From Saprospiraceae bacterium (GTDB taxonomy: Bacteria; Bacteroidota; Bacteroidia; Chitinophagales; Saprospiraceae), in assembly GCA_037968395.1 (NCBI GenBank), contig JBBKVK010000357.1:7-64006 (forward strand): a stretch of DNA of 64,000 bases, written 5' to 3'. Both the position numbers and the translations under genes were made by a program. Positions 48,306 to 56,903 of this stretch are shown one piece after another. A model generated the notes under the pieces. That model worked only from the letters and a program-made list of their open reading frames with translations. It ran no database searches and was not told where the DNA came from. Position 1 is the first letter of the stretch. Every line of letters begins with the position of its first letter.

Positions 48306-48694
48306 CTAACAAATTCAGTTTTTTCGATCTCATCTACAACTGGTGTAGCTAAAGGAAAATCTCTTTTTATTTGGGTTAAAAAGGCCATTAATTTGGTCTT
48401 GTTCTCATATGCTCCTACTCTTACTTGGTAATATGGGGCCATATGACTCCATGAAGTCTCCATTCCAGGATAAAGGCTTCTAAATTTACCCCTAGCTGAT
48501 TCCATTGCCCTTCTGTCGTTTGTAGATATGATTTGAATCCTCCAACCCTTGATTGTAGTTGTGCTATTATTATTGTTAACATATTTAGACATCAATTGAG
48601 ACACCTCATATGACTCATTAAAAGAAACAGATTGAGCTTCAATGTCAATGGTAAAGCCAAGAAATGTGATAAAACAAGCTAAAATATATTTCAT
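48302..48694 (-). CDS. SPOR-domain (peptidoglycan-binding) protein, overlapping and upstream of rodA
   Basis: Signal peptide, then GWRIQIISTNDRRAMESARGKF...YQVRVGAYENKTKLMAFL, typical of a SPOR repeat. 4-nt overlap with rodA. Confidence 0.7.
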   Translation of the reverse strand: MKYILACFITFLGFTIDIEAQSVSFNESYEVSQLMSKYVNNNNSTTTIKGWRIQIISTNDRRAMESARGKFRSLYPGMETSWSHMAPYYQVRVGAYENKTKLMAFLTQIKRDFPLATPVVDEIEKTEFVR

Positions 48695-49068
48695 TTTATA
48701 AATTCAATTTTCTTAAAAACAAATGTACAGCTATTATATCATACAAGAATAATCAGGCATGTAGAAATAACTAAAATATAAAGGATAATATTTCAAATAT
48801 TAGCCAATTTGATGGTATAATTATAAAAATTATTAGATTTGTAACACATTGAAGTAATTTAAAATAAATAGTGTTAATTCTTATTCAAGCAGCTGAAAAC
48901 CAGCTTTTCATTAAATTTGATTCCCTTCCCCGTAGTACAGTGGGATGAAAATAGAATTTAATATCAATCTGAATTTCAAGTGGTACATGCCGCTTTTACA
49001 GGGGTGCACTTACATGCCATTTACACATGTGTATTTAAATGACTTCATTTGAAATTACAAAACTTAGC

Positions 49069-49974
49069 ATGCAAAACTTACATTTATTAGGATTAGATCT
49101 TGGAGGTACCAAGATAGAAGGGGCTATATTGAATGCTGATGACTTGTCAGTATTAACAAGAGAGCGGATACCAACAGAAGGAGATAAAGGGTACCTACAT
49201 GTACTTAATCAAATAAAAAAAATAATTGACTCACTTTCTGCTAGTTCGGGGTTGACATTTAAGAGTGTAGGTATTGGTACACCCGGTACCCTAGATCCGA
49301 TCCTAAACAGCATGAAAAATTGCAATTCTACCTCACTTAATGGCAAGCCAATGAAAGATGACCTTCAAAAGCTATTAGGCATGGAGGTTAAAATGAGTAA
49401 TGATGCCAATTGCTTTGCTATTGCCGAGGCTCAATTGGGCATAGTAAGAGATGAATTACCAAATGCAAAAAATGTATTTGGGGTCATAATGGGTACTGGT
49501 GTCGGTGGTGGTCTTGTAATAAATGGGCAAGTAGTGTCTGGCAGACAAGGTATTGGTGGAGAATGGGGGCACAACCCATTAGACGAAGAAGGAAACGCAT
49601 GTTACTGTGGTAAAATAGGTTGTGTTGAAACCGTAATATCTGGTCCTGCTCTTGAAAAGTATTATCAAAAAGTATCAGGCGAAAAGAAAAACCTTAAAGA
49701 TATTGTTGCTGATTACAGAAAAGGAGAATGCAAGTATGCGTACATGACTATGGAGCGTCTTTTTCATTATTTTGGAAAAGGAATTGCCGTAGTAATTAAC
49801 ATTTTAGATCCTGAAGCGATTGTTATTGGGGGCGGTGTTGGTAATATTGATGAACTATATACCTTAGGAGTAGAAGAAGTCAAGAAACATGTGTTTAATC
49901 ATAGACTCGATACTTTATTTCTAAAACCAAAACTTGGTGATAGTGCTGGAGTCTTTGGAGCTGCTTTGTTATAA
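49069..49974 (+). CDS. ROK-family sugar kinase, NagK-like (N-acetylglucosamine kinase candidate)
   Basis: LGLDLGGTK, NDANCFAIAEA, GTGVGGG and the zinc motif GEWGH...CYCGKIGCVE. It is collinear with my recollection of E. coli NagK. ATG at 49069 is preferred over 49039. Confidence 0.75.
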   Translation: MQNLHLLGLDLGGTKIEGAILNADDLSVLTRERIPTEGDKGYLHVLNQIKKIIDSLSASSGLTFKSVGIGTPGTLDPILNSMKNCNSTSLNGKPMKDDLQKLLGMEVKMSNDANCFAIAEAQLGIVRDELPNAKNVFGVIMGTGVGGGLVINGQVVSGRQGIGGEWGHNPLDEEGNACYCGKIGCVETVISGPALEKYYQKVSGEKKNLKDIVADYRKGECKYAYMTMERLFHYFGKGIAVVINILDPEAIVIGGGVGNIDELYTLGVEEVKKHVFNHRLDTLFLKPKLGDSAGVFGAALL

Positions 49975-50026
49975 AGTTAGGGAGAGCCTTTTTCTATAAT
50001 TTGAATTTAAATGCTTCTTCACAAAA

Positions 50027-50971
50027 TTATAACTTATCCCAAACTGATTGGGCAATCTTATCAGTAAGGTCTTCTATAAAATAACTTCCTGCCATGACAT
50101 CTTGGTGCAAATCAATATGACTTTCTAGCTGTAGAATATTTTGAATATTTAAACTTAACCTATCTTTTTTGCTATCCGAAGACTTGCCCCAACTTTGTAA
50201 TTGTACTACATTAGCACCACCAATATTGGCCGATAGAGCAGTACATGTCTGATGGATTAAGGTATTATGAAAATCTCCTTCTATAACACTACTATCAATG
50301 TTGGCGATGACTGTAAGCTCTTGGAATGGCAGATCTAAATCTCGGTATAGATTTGCAACTAATATGCGCAATGATCTCAATCTTGCAATCTCTAAAAAAA
50401 ACTGATTGCCAAGTGATATCTTAATCGCAATCTTTGAAGGTTTTTTTACTCTTATCGATTCAAGAATTTCTAATAAAGAATTAATCGGATTTCTATTATC
50501 ACTACTAATTATTCTAGTAATATTATTGAGGTCCTTCTTTTGGTGGTTTTGATCGTGTATTAATATTTTAGAAATTACGCTTGTATTATAATTTCTTTCA
50601 AGATAGTTTTCGAAGTTCTGAGTTGATTTTTGACCATCAAAATTTACTATTGGCAATATATAATCTAGTCTCACTCCTTTTAACAATCCATCTAAATCAG
50701 TATCATCTGAAATATTAAACTCTATAGATTGAGCACCATTCTCAAGTGCAAATATTAATTCCTTATTAGTACAATTTTTGTTGAATTCAACACCAATAAA
50801 TCTATCTCCTATAGGTAACGAACCATTAGTAACTACAGTATTAATCTCCAACGAAAATGGATTATACTTTACTCCTGGAGTAATTTCATGATAGTATGAT
50901 TCTATAGGTTGGTCTTTGATAAATTTCTTTATCTGAACCTCCCAATCGTTGTAAGTTGCTTTGTCAAACAT
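50027..50971 (-). CDS. Short, degenerate methylmalonyl-CoA-mutase-like (substrate-barrel only) protein
   Basis: FFLEIARLRSLRILVANLY resembles the MCM FFEEIAK(F/L)RAAR motif. A C-terminal GGAN...SLNIQNILQLESHIDLHQDVMAGSYFIEDLT resembles ...RIARNTQ.IL.EES....V.DP.GGSYYIE.LT. No B12-binding domain. ATG at 50971 is preferred. Confidence 0.45.
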   Translation of the reverse strand: MFDKATYNDWEVQIKKFIKDQPIESYYHEITPGVKYNPFSLEINTVVTNGSLPIGDRFIGVEFNKNCTNKELIFALENGAQSIEFNISDDTDLDGLLKGVRLDYILPIVNFDGQKSTQNFENYLERNYNTSVISKILIHDQNHQKKDLNNITRIISSDNRNPINSLLEILESIRVKKPSKIAIKISLGNQFFLEIARLRSLRILVANLYRDLDLPFQELTVIANIDSSVIEGDFHNTLIHQTCTALSANIGGANVVQLQSWGKSSDSKKDRLSLNIQNILQLESHIDLHQDVMAGSYFIEDLTDKIAQSVWDKL

Positions 50972-51155
50972 TGTAATTATTGTAACACAAAAGTACCAAA
51001 AAAGATGGATAAAGTAGAATGATGTATTTAAATGTATTTGCACCTTCTATTGATGGAAGGAGTTAATTTTGTCAACAGTAATTACACCTAAGTATTCTTA
51101 AAATTATGATTTGGCCATAAAACTTATTTATCTTGTCCTTTCTAATCGATATTTA

Positions 51156-53600
51156 ATGCAATCTATTCCAATATCTGAAATCTTTTCTAGTATGAACTCT
51201 CGGGGCTCACAGTTGAACTTTGACGGTGATATTAATGAAGTGACAATAGATAGCCGTAAAGTATTTACACCAGATTCTGCAATGTTTTTTGCCTTAAATG
51301 GAGCCATAATCGATGGTCATGATTATATCAAAGATGCGATAAATAAAGGGATAAAGACTTTTGTAATAAGTAATGAAAAGTACATCAAAGAGGTCGCAAA
51401 TTGCAATTATATCTTGGTAGATGATGGCATCGTTGCATTACAAGAGTTGGCATTACACTATCGTTCAAAATTCAAAATAAAGACAATAGCAATAACAGGT
51501 TCAAATGGTAAAACTACTATAAAAGAATGGCTCACACACCTTTTAGTTAAAAGGTATAAAGTAGCTAAAAGCCCTGGCAGTTATAATTCACAAATCGGTG
51601 TGCCGCTATCAATGTTTCAGATAGAAAGTCAACATGAGTTAGGTGTTTTTGAAGCAGGAATATCTATGCCTGAAGAAATGCAAAACTTAGAAAAAATAAT
51701 CCAGCCCTCTTTTGGAATCTTTACTAACATAGGTGAAGCTCATAGTGGAGGATTTACGGATGAAAATCAAAAGATAAAAGAAAAACTGAAGCTTTTTGAG
51801 AATGTATCTGATCTTATAATTTGTGCCGATCACAAGTCAGTACTGGACAACATTCAACAATTAAAATTAACATGTAAAATTCATACTTGGGGTAAGGCCA
51901 TTAGTTCTACTCTTTTTAGAGTATTAGATATAGACAAAAGGCAAACCACAAAAATCAAAATAGATTGTAAAGGAAGCTCTTATACTTTTGAAGTAAATGT
52001 AACTGACGATGGTTCAATTGAAAACTTGTTGCTTTGTATGGCGAGCCTACTGGTAATGGGTTACACAATTGATGAAGCTATTGCATTGAGTAAAGAGATT
52101 TTTCCACTACCTATGCGATTGGAGATGTCTTTGGGTCTAAATGATTGTACCATTATCAATGATGCGTACAATCATGATTTGACTTCCTTAACAAATGCTT
52201 TAGAATTTTTACAAAAACAAGTTGGTAATAAAAAGTCGTTAGTTATTCTATCAGACATAGAACAATCAAGTATGTCAGATTCCGCAATAAGTTCTGCTTT
52301 AGGAGATTTGCTTAAAAAGTATAATATTGACACAATCTGGTGGGTTGGGCATCAAGGAGAAAAGTTTTCACATAAGACATTCAATAATAAACAGGAAATA
52401 TTAGATCATCTCAATACCACGAGCATTGCAGAGGCTTGTATATTGATAAAAGGGGCTAGAAAATATCAGCTAGAACAATTAAAAAAGGCCTTTTCGAGTC
52501 AAAGACATTCTTCCACATTGACAATAGATTTGGGAGCACTTGATCACAATTTACAGACTTATAACAAGTTTTTGAAACCAGGGTGCGGTATCATAGCTGT
52601 CGTCAAAGCAGGAGCTTATGGATCAGGGAGTGTGGAGATGGCAAGACTGTTACAATATCGTGGGGTAGAATATCTAGCTGTTGCATTTGCAGATGAAGGT
52701 GTAGCTTTAAGGCAAGCTGGTATCTCAATTCCGATTATGGTATTAAATCCTGACGTGGACAGTTTCTATCATTTGCAGCGATATAATTTAGAACCCGAAA
52801 TCTATAGCCCTAGCCTACTCAAAGCATTTATACAATTTAAAGTACAATATCAAGCCACAATCCCTATCCATCTAAAGTTAGATACTGGTATGAATAGATT
52901 GGGAATCAAAATCCAAGATTTACCAAATTGCTTAGATTTGATTAAAGAGTACAGCTTAGAAATCGGTACTGTATTTTCTCACATGTCAGGTAGTGAAAAT
53001 GCCGATGAAGACAGTTATTCTATAAAACAGCATAACTTATTTGAGCAGATGTCAAATGTTGTAGCTAAGTCTCTAGGATACATGCCCAAAAGGCATTTTG
53101 TCAATACAGGCGGCATAGTTAGATTTAGTGATTTTCACCACGACTTGGTCCGCTTAGGTCTCGGTCTTTATGGCATTGACACCACACTAGAAATAGAACG
53201 TTATTTAGAAAAAGTCCACACTTTTACCGCGAGAATCATCCAAATAAAATGGGTGAACGATGGTGAAAAAATAGGCTATAACCAAAAAGGTATTGCCTTT
53301 GGAAAAACTAAATTAGCCATTGTTAATGTTGGATATGCAGATGGGTTGCCTAGAGGATCTGGACTTGGCAAATACTCCTTGAGAGTAAATAATGAAGACG
53401 CCCCAATCATTGGCAATGTTTGTATGGATCTAACAATACTGGATGTTACCAAGATAAAAAGCTGTCAAGAAGGTGATCAAGTAGAGATATTTGGACCAAA
53501 TAAACCTATCGAAGAATTGGCTAGAATAAACGATACAATACCTTATGAAATCCTTGCCCGAATATCGAGCAGAGTTAAGAAAGAGTGGATATTAGGATAA
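51156..53600 (+). CDS. Bifunctional MurF-like UDP-MurNAc-tripeptide:D-Ala-D-Ala ligase / alanine racemase fusion
   Basis: The N-terminal ~450 aa has the Mur ligase P-loop ITGSNGKTT. The C-terminal ~365 aa has the Alr PLP-lysine motif AVVKAGAYGSG and a C-terminal beta domain. ATG at 51156. Confidence 0.85.
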   Translation: MQSIPISEIFSSMNSRGSQLNFDGDINEVTIDSRKVFTPDSAMFFALNGAIIDGHDYIKDAINKGIKTFVISNEKYIKEVANCNYILVDDGIVALQELALHYRSKFKIKTIAITGSNGKTTIKEWLTHLLVKRYKVAKSPGSYNSQIGVPLSMFQIESQHELGVFEAGISMPEEMQNLEKIIQPSFGIFTNIGEAHSGGFTDENQKIKEKLKLFENVSDLIICADHKSVLDNIQQLKLTCKIHTWGKAISSTLFRVLDIDKRQTTKIKIDCKGSSYTFEVNVTDDGSIENLLLCMASLLVMGYTIDEAIALSKEIFPLPMRLEMSLGLNDCTIINDAYNHDLTSLTNALEFLQKQVGNKKSLVILSDIEQSSMSDSAISSALGDLLKKYNIDTIWWVGHQGEKFSHKTFNNKQEILDHLNTTSIAEACILIKGARKYQLEQLKKAFSSQRHSSTLTIDLGALDHNLQTYNKFLKPGCGIIAVVKAGAYGSGSVEMARLLQYRGVEYLAVAFADEGVALRQAGISIPIMVLNPDVDSFYHLQRYNLEPEIYSPSLLKAFIQFKVQYQATIPIHLKLDTGMNRLGIKIQDLPNCLDLIKEYSLEIGTVFSHMSGSENADEDSYSIKQHNLFEQMSNVVAKSLGYMPKRHFVNTGGIVRFSDFHHDLVRLGLGLYGIDTTLEIERYLEKVHTFTARIIQIKWVNDGEKIGYNQKGIAFGKTKLAIVNVGYADGLPRGSGLGKYSLRVNNEDAPIIGNVCMDLTILDVTKIKSCQEGDQVEIFGPNKPIEELARINDTIPYEILARISSRVKKEWILG

Positions 53601-53651
53601 ACATTATAGTGATCGAATAAAAAATCAATCCCATAATTTGTACTTTCTAAA

Positions 53652-53682
53652 CATTCTTTTAGAATAAGAATGCTTTTATTTA
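53652..53682 (+). terminator. Weak hairpin plus T-run downstream of murF-alr
   Basis: CATTCTT (53652-53658) pairs with AAGAATG (53666-53672), followed by CTTTTATTT. Confidence 0.35.
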
Positions 53683-53709
53683 CGTATTACTAATAAGAAA
53701 AAACTTACT

Positions 53710-54471
53710 ATGAAAATAGGGCTCTTACAATATGATGTAAAATGGTTAGATGTAAAAACTAATTTCAAAACCATAGAGTTTTACTTGAGTAGTTGTGATG
53801 ATAAGCCAAATATTATCTTTTTACCCGAAATGTTTGATACTGGTTATATCATGGAGCCCCACAAGATTCAAAATTTTAACCCCGAGTATTCCATCTTAGA
53901 AATGACTAGATTAGCTGGTAAATACAAAGTTATTTTAGCTGGATCAATACCCAATAAAGTAGGTGAAAATTATTATAATTCTTTCTTTTACGTAAATGGA
54001 AAAGGTATTATTGGTCAATATGATAAAGTACATTTATTCTCTTTAGCGGGTGAGAGTCAGCATTATACATCTGGCAAACAACCAAAAGATATTGAAATAG
54101 CTAATATCAAGATTAGGCCTCAAGTATGTTATGACTTAAGATTCCCTTATAGTAGTTATAATAATTCAGGATACGACATCTTAGCATTTGTAGCCAATTG
54201 GCCAAAGCCAAGAATCTCCCAGTGGCAAGCACTATTAGAAGCAAGAGCAATTGAAAACCAGGCATATGTCATTGGAGTCAATCGTATCGGCTTGGACGCT
54301 AATGGGTATGAATATAATGGTCACTCAATGGTTGCAGATTATACTGGTACTGTGGTATTAGATTGCCAAGATAAAGAAGGGCTGTTTACCATAAATATCA
54401 ATTTGGAAGAGATGAATAAATATAGGTTGAAATTGCCTTTTTTACAAGATCAAATTAAGACTGCTTTTTGA
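53710..54471 (+). CDS. Carbon-nitrogen hydrolase (nitrilase superfamily, YafV/omega-amidase-like)
   Basis: The Glu-Lys-Cys triad context is visible: FLPEMF, KVHLF and VCYDLRFP. Confidence 0.85.
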   Translation: MKIGLLQYDVKWLDVKTNFKTIEFYLSSCDDKPNIIFLPEMFDTGYIMEPHKIQNFNPEYSILEMTRLAGKYKVILAGSIPNKVGENYYNSFFYVNGKGIIGQYDKVHLFSLAGESQHYTSGKQPKDIEIANIKIRPQVCYDLRFPYSSYNNSGYDILAFVANWPKPRISQWQALLEARAIENQAYVIGVNRIGLDANGYEYNGHSMVADYTGTVVLDCQDKEGLFTININLEEMNKYRLKLPFLQDQIKTAF

Positions 54472-56246
54472 AATGTCCTTGGATCATATTAGTTATTATC
54501 CTAACTACTTCTTTAGTATCGGTGAGTCATGCTCAACAAAAATATTTTGTTAAGTTGCAAAATATTGACCTCTTTGATAAATTGGACATTGAAGAAAATA
54601 AAAAATACGACTCCTTATCTATAATCAACTTGCTCAACAATGAAGTACAAAAATTAAGAAGTGATAATTACCTTTTAGCAAATATAGACAGCTTAGTATA
54701 TCGAGATTCTACTTGCATGGCAACAGTCTTTATTGGAGATAGGTATGTACTAAAATCATTAAATTATGATGAAGAGACAGAACTAATTGTGAAATCAGCT
54801 GGTATGTTTTCGCTTAAGTACACTACCAAAAGGCTTGATAGCACTTTTGTAAAAAAATACCTTGGTGATGTATTAAAATATCTGGTCAATAATGGATATC
54901 CTTTTGCAGAAGTAGGGTTTGAGAAGGTATCCATTGAGGGATCAGAAATTACAGCTGACTTATCGGTCAAAAAAAACAAATTTATAACCTATGATACCTT
55001 AGAAAGTAGTTTTGACACAATCATTAGTCGAAACTTTATGTCCAGATATCTTGGAATAAGGCCAGGCCAACCTTATAGCCATAAGAATGTATTAGATATC
55101 AAGAAAAAAATCTTAGGTGCAGGATTTTTAAAACTAAGAAACGATCCTTATGTCTCCTTTTATGGTAATAAAGCATTAGTTAGGTTGCCTTTAGAAGCTG
55201 CAAAAGCAAATTCTTTTGACTTCATCATAGGTGTTTTGCCATCAAATGTAGGAGGTCAAAGAAAATTTAGTGTCAACGGACAGTTATCTACCGACTTACT
55301 CAATAGGTTTGGTCATGGCGAGCGAATCACTTTAGACATCAGAAGGTTGACTGCAGAGGATCAGTTATTATCCTTAAATGCTAGTTACCCATACCTTGCT
55401 GGACTACCAATAGGAGTAGATGGAGCATTCGAATTGAGGTTTAACAGAGGTATAAGCATAGACCTTATCACCAATATTGGTGGACAATACATCACAAGTG
55501 GTGTCAATTACATTAAAGCATTTACCAACTACAAAAGCTCAAATGTGGTTAAAGTAGATACTATGAGGTTAATCACGACCAAAAGGTTACCTGCTAACTT
55601 AGATTATAAATTCTCTGGTGGTGGACTTGAAATATTCAGACAAAATCTTGATTACAGATTCAACCCAAGACGAGGCTGGAGTATAAAGTCTCAGGCAAAT
55701 GTTGGGATTAGATCAATCGTCCCCAATCAAGGCATTCAGAGTATTAAGAGGGAAAATATTGATTTTATTACAGCTTATGACACTTTACAACTAAAATCAT
55801 TTCAAGCAAATTTAGATGTCTTGGCTAGTTTATTCATCCCAGTAAAAACATTTGGTACTGTAAAGTTTTCACTAAATGGAGGCCTTAAATACAATAATGG
55901 AGTTGTCATCGAAAACGAACTATTTAGGATAGGCGGTAACAAGCTTCTTCGTGGCTTTGATGAATTGTCTATTCTTAGTGATTATTATGCAGTTTTCACC
56001 TCGGAATTTAGATTGATTATTGACCAAAATTCTTTTCTATCATTTCCTTTTATTGACATCTCCCGAATGCGAACATATTTAGAAGATGTACCAATATGGG
56101 ATACTGCATATGGAGTTGGTTTGGGCCTTAATTTTGCTACAAAGGCAGGCATTTTTAATGTGTCATTTGCCGCTGGCAGTAGACTGAATAACCCAATAGA
56201 ATTTAACAATACCAAAGTCCACTTTGGATATATTAATTTGTTTTAG
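54468..56246 (+). CDS. Outer-membrane beta-barrel protein, Omp85/ShlB-like, function unknown
   Basis: Signal peptide ending SHAQQ, POTRA-like N-terminal region, alternating beta-strand pattern and a terminal F (YINLF). TTG start overlaps the upstream stop by 4 nt. Confidence 0.5.
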   Translation: MKCPWIILVIILTTSLVSVSHAQQKYFVKLQNIDLFDKLDIEENKKYDSLSIINLLNNEVQKLRSDNYLLANIDSLVYRDSTCMATVFIGDRYVLKSLNYDEETELIVKSAGMFSLKYTTKRLDSTFVKKYLGDVLKYLVNNGYPFAEVGFEKVSIEGSEITADLSVKKNKFITYDTLESSFDTIISRNFMSRYLGIRPGQPYSHKNVLDIKKKILGAGFLKLRNDPYVSFYGNKALVRLPLEAAKANSFDFIIGVLPSNVGGQRKFSVNGQLSTDLLNRFGHGERITLDIRRLTAEDQLLSLNASYPYLAGLPIGVDGAFELRFNRGISIDLITNIGGQYITSGVNYIKAFTNYKSSNVVKVDTMRLITTKRLPANLDYKFSGGGLEIFRQNLDYRFNPRRGWSIKSQANVGIRSIVPNQGIQSIKRENIDFITAYDTLQLKSFQANLDVLASLFIPVKTFGTVKFSLNGGLKYNNGVVIENELFRIGGNKLLRGFDELSILSDYYAVFTSEFRLIIDQNSFLSFPFIDISRMRTYLEDVPIWDTAYGVGLGLNFATKAGIFNVSFAAGSRLNNPIEFNNTKVHFGYINLF

Positions 56247-56258
56247 ATAGAAATAAAA

Positions 56259-56900
56259 TCAAACCAATCCCTCTCTCAATGCTTTTGTTACTGCAGCAGC
56301 AACAGAATTGACCTGTAGTTTTGCATATATATTAGAAATATGCTTATTAACCGTGGCATAAGAGATAAAGCACTTATCAGCAATCATTTTATAGCTGTAC
56401 CCTTCCACTAAAAGGTTGAGAATTTCTTTCTCTCGATTTGTGAGAATAATATCTGAGGTAGAAGAACTTTTTTGAGTTGTATTAAATAATTTCAGGACCT
56501 TGAATGCTACAGAAGGTGTCATCGGAGCTCCACCTTCCATGACTTCTTTAATTCCTTCGATGAGTTTCATTGGTGACTTTTGCTTTATGATATATCCGTC
56601 GGCTCCTGAGCTTATCGCTTCTAATATTTTACCTTCCTCTTCGAAGATAGTTTGCATAATCACCTTAATTTCAGGATACGCTTTCTTTACCAGTCTAAGG
56701 CCTTCAATACCATTCACATTTGGCATGTTTATGTCCATCAAGATGACATCAGGCAGATTGGATTTGAGCCGATGGACGATATCAGTACAATCAGAAAATA
56801 TACCCACACATTTCATCTCGCTCATTGCGTCAATCAATAGTTGTAAGCCTTCTCTTCTGGCTATATTATCATCAAATACTGCTATTTTATAGTTTCCCAT
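56259..56900 (-). CDS. NarL/FixJ-type response regulator (REC plus LuxR HTH)
   Basis: DVILMDINMPNVNG phospho-acceptor region. C-terminal LTNREKEILNLLVEGYSYKMIADKCFISYATVNKHISNIYAKL. Confidence 0.9.
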   Translation of the reverse strand: MGNYKIAVFDDNIARREGLQLLIDAMSEMKCVGIFSDCTDIVHRLKSNLPDVILMDINMPNVNGIEGLRLVKKAYPEIKVIMQTIFEEEGKILEAISSGADGYIIKQKSPMKLIEGIKEVMEGGAPMTPSVAFKVLKLFNTTQKSSSTSDIILTNREKEILNLLVEGYSYKMIADKCFISYATVNKHISNIYAKLQVNSVAAAVTKALREGLV

Positions 56901-56903
56901 ATT

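Noticed and set aside
48888-48912. Possible plus-strand terminator AGCTG-AAAAC-CAGCT-TTTC in the SPOR/ROK spacer
   Set aside because: It has only a 5-bp stem with no upstream plus-strand gene or convincing promoter. It is likely fortuitous. The nearby TACATGCC direct repeat (two copies) is similarly too short to support a claim.
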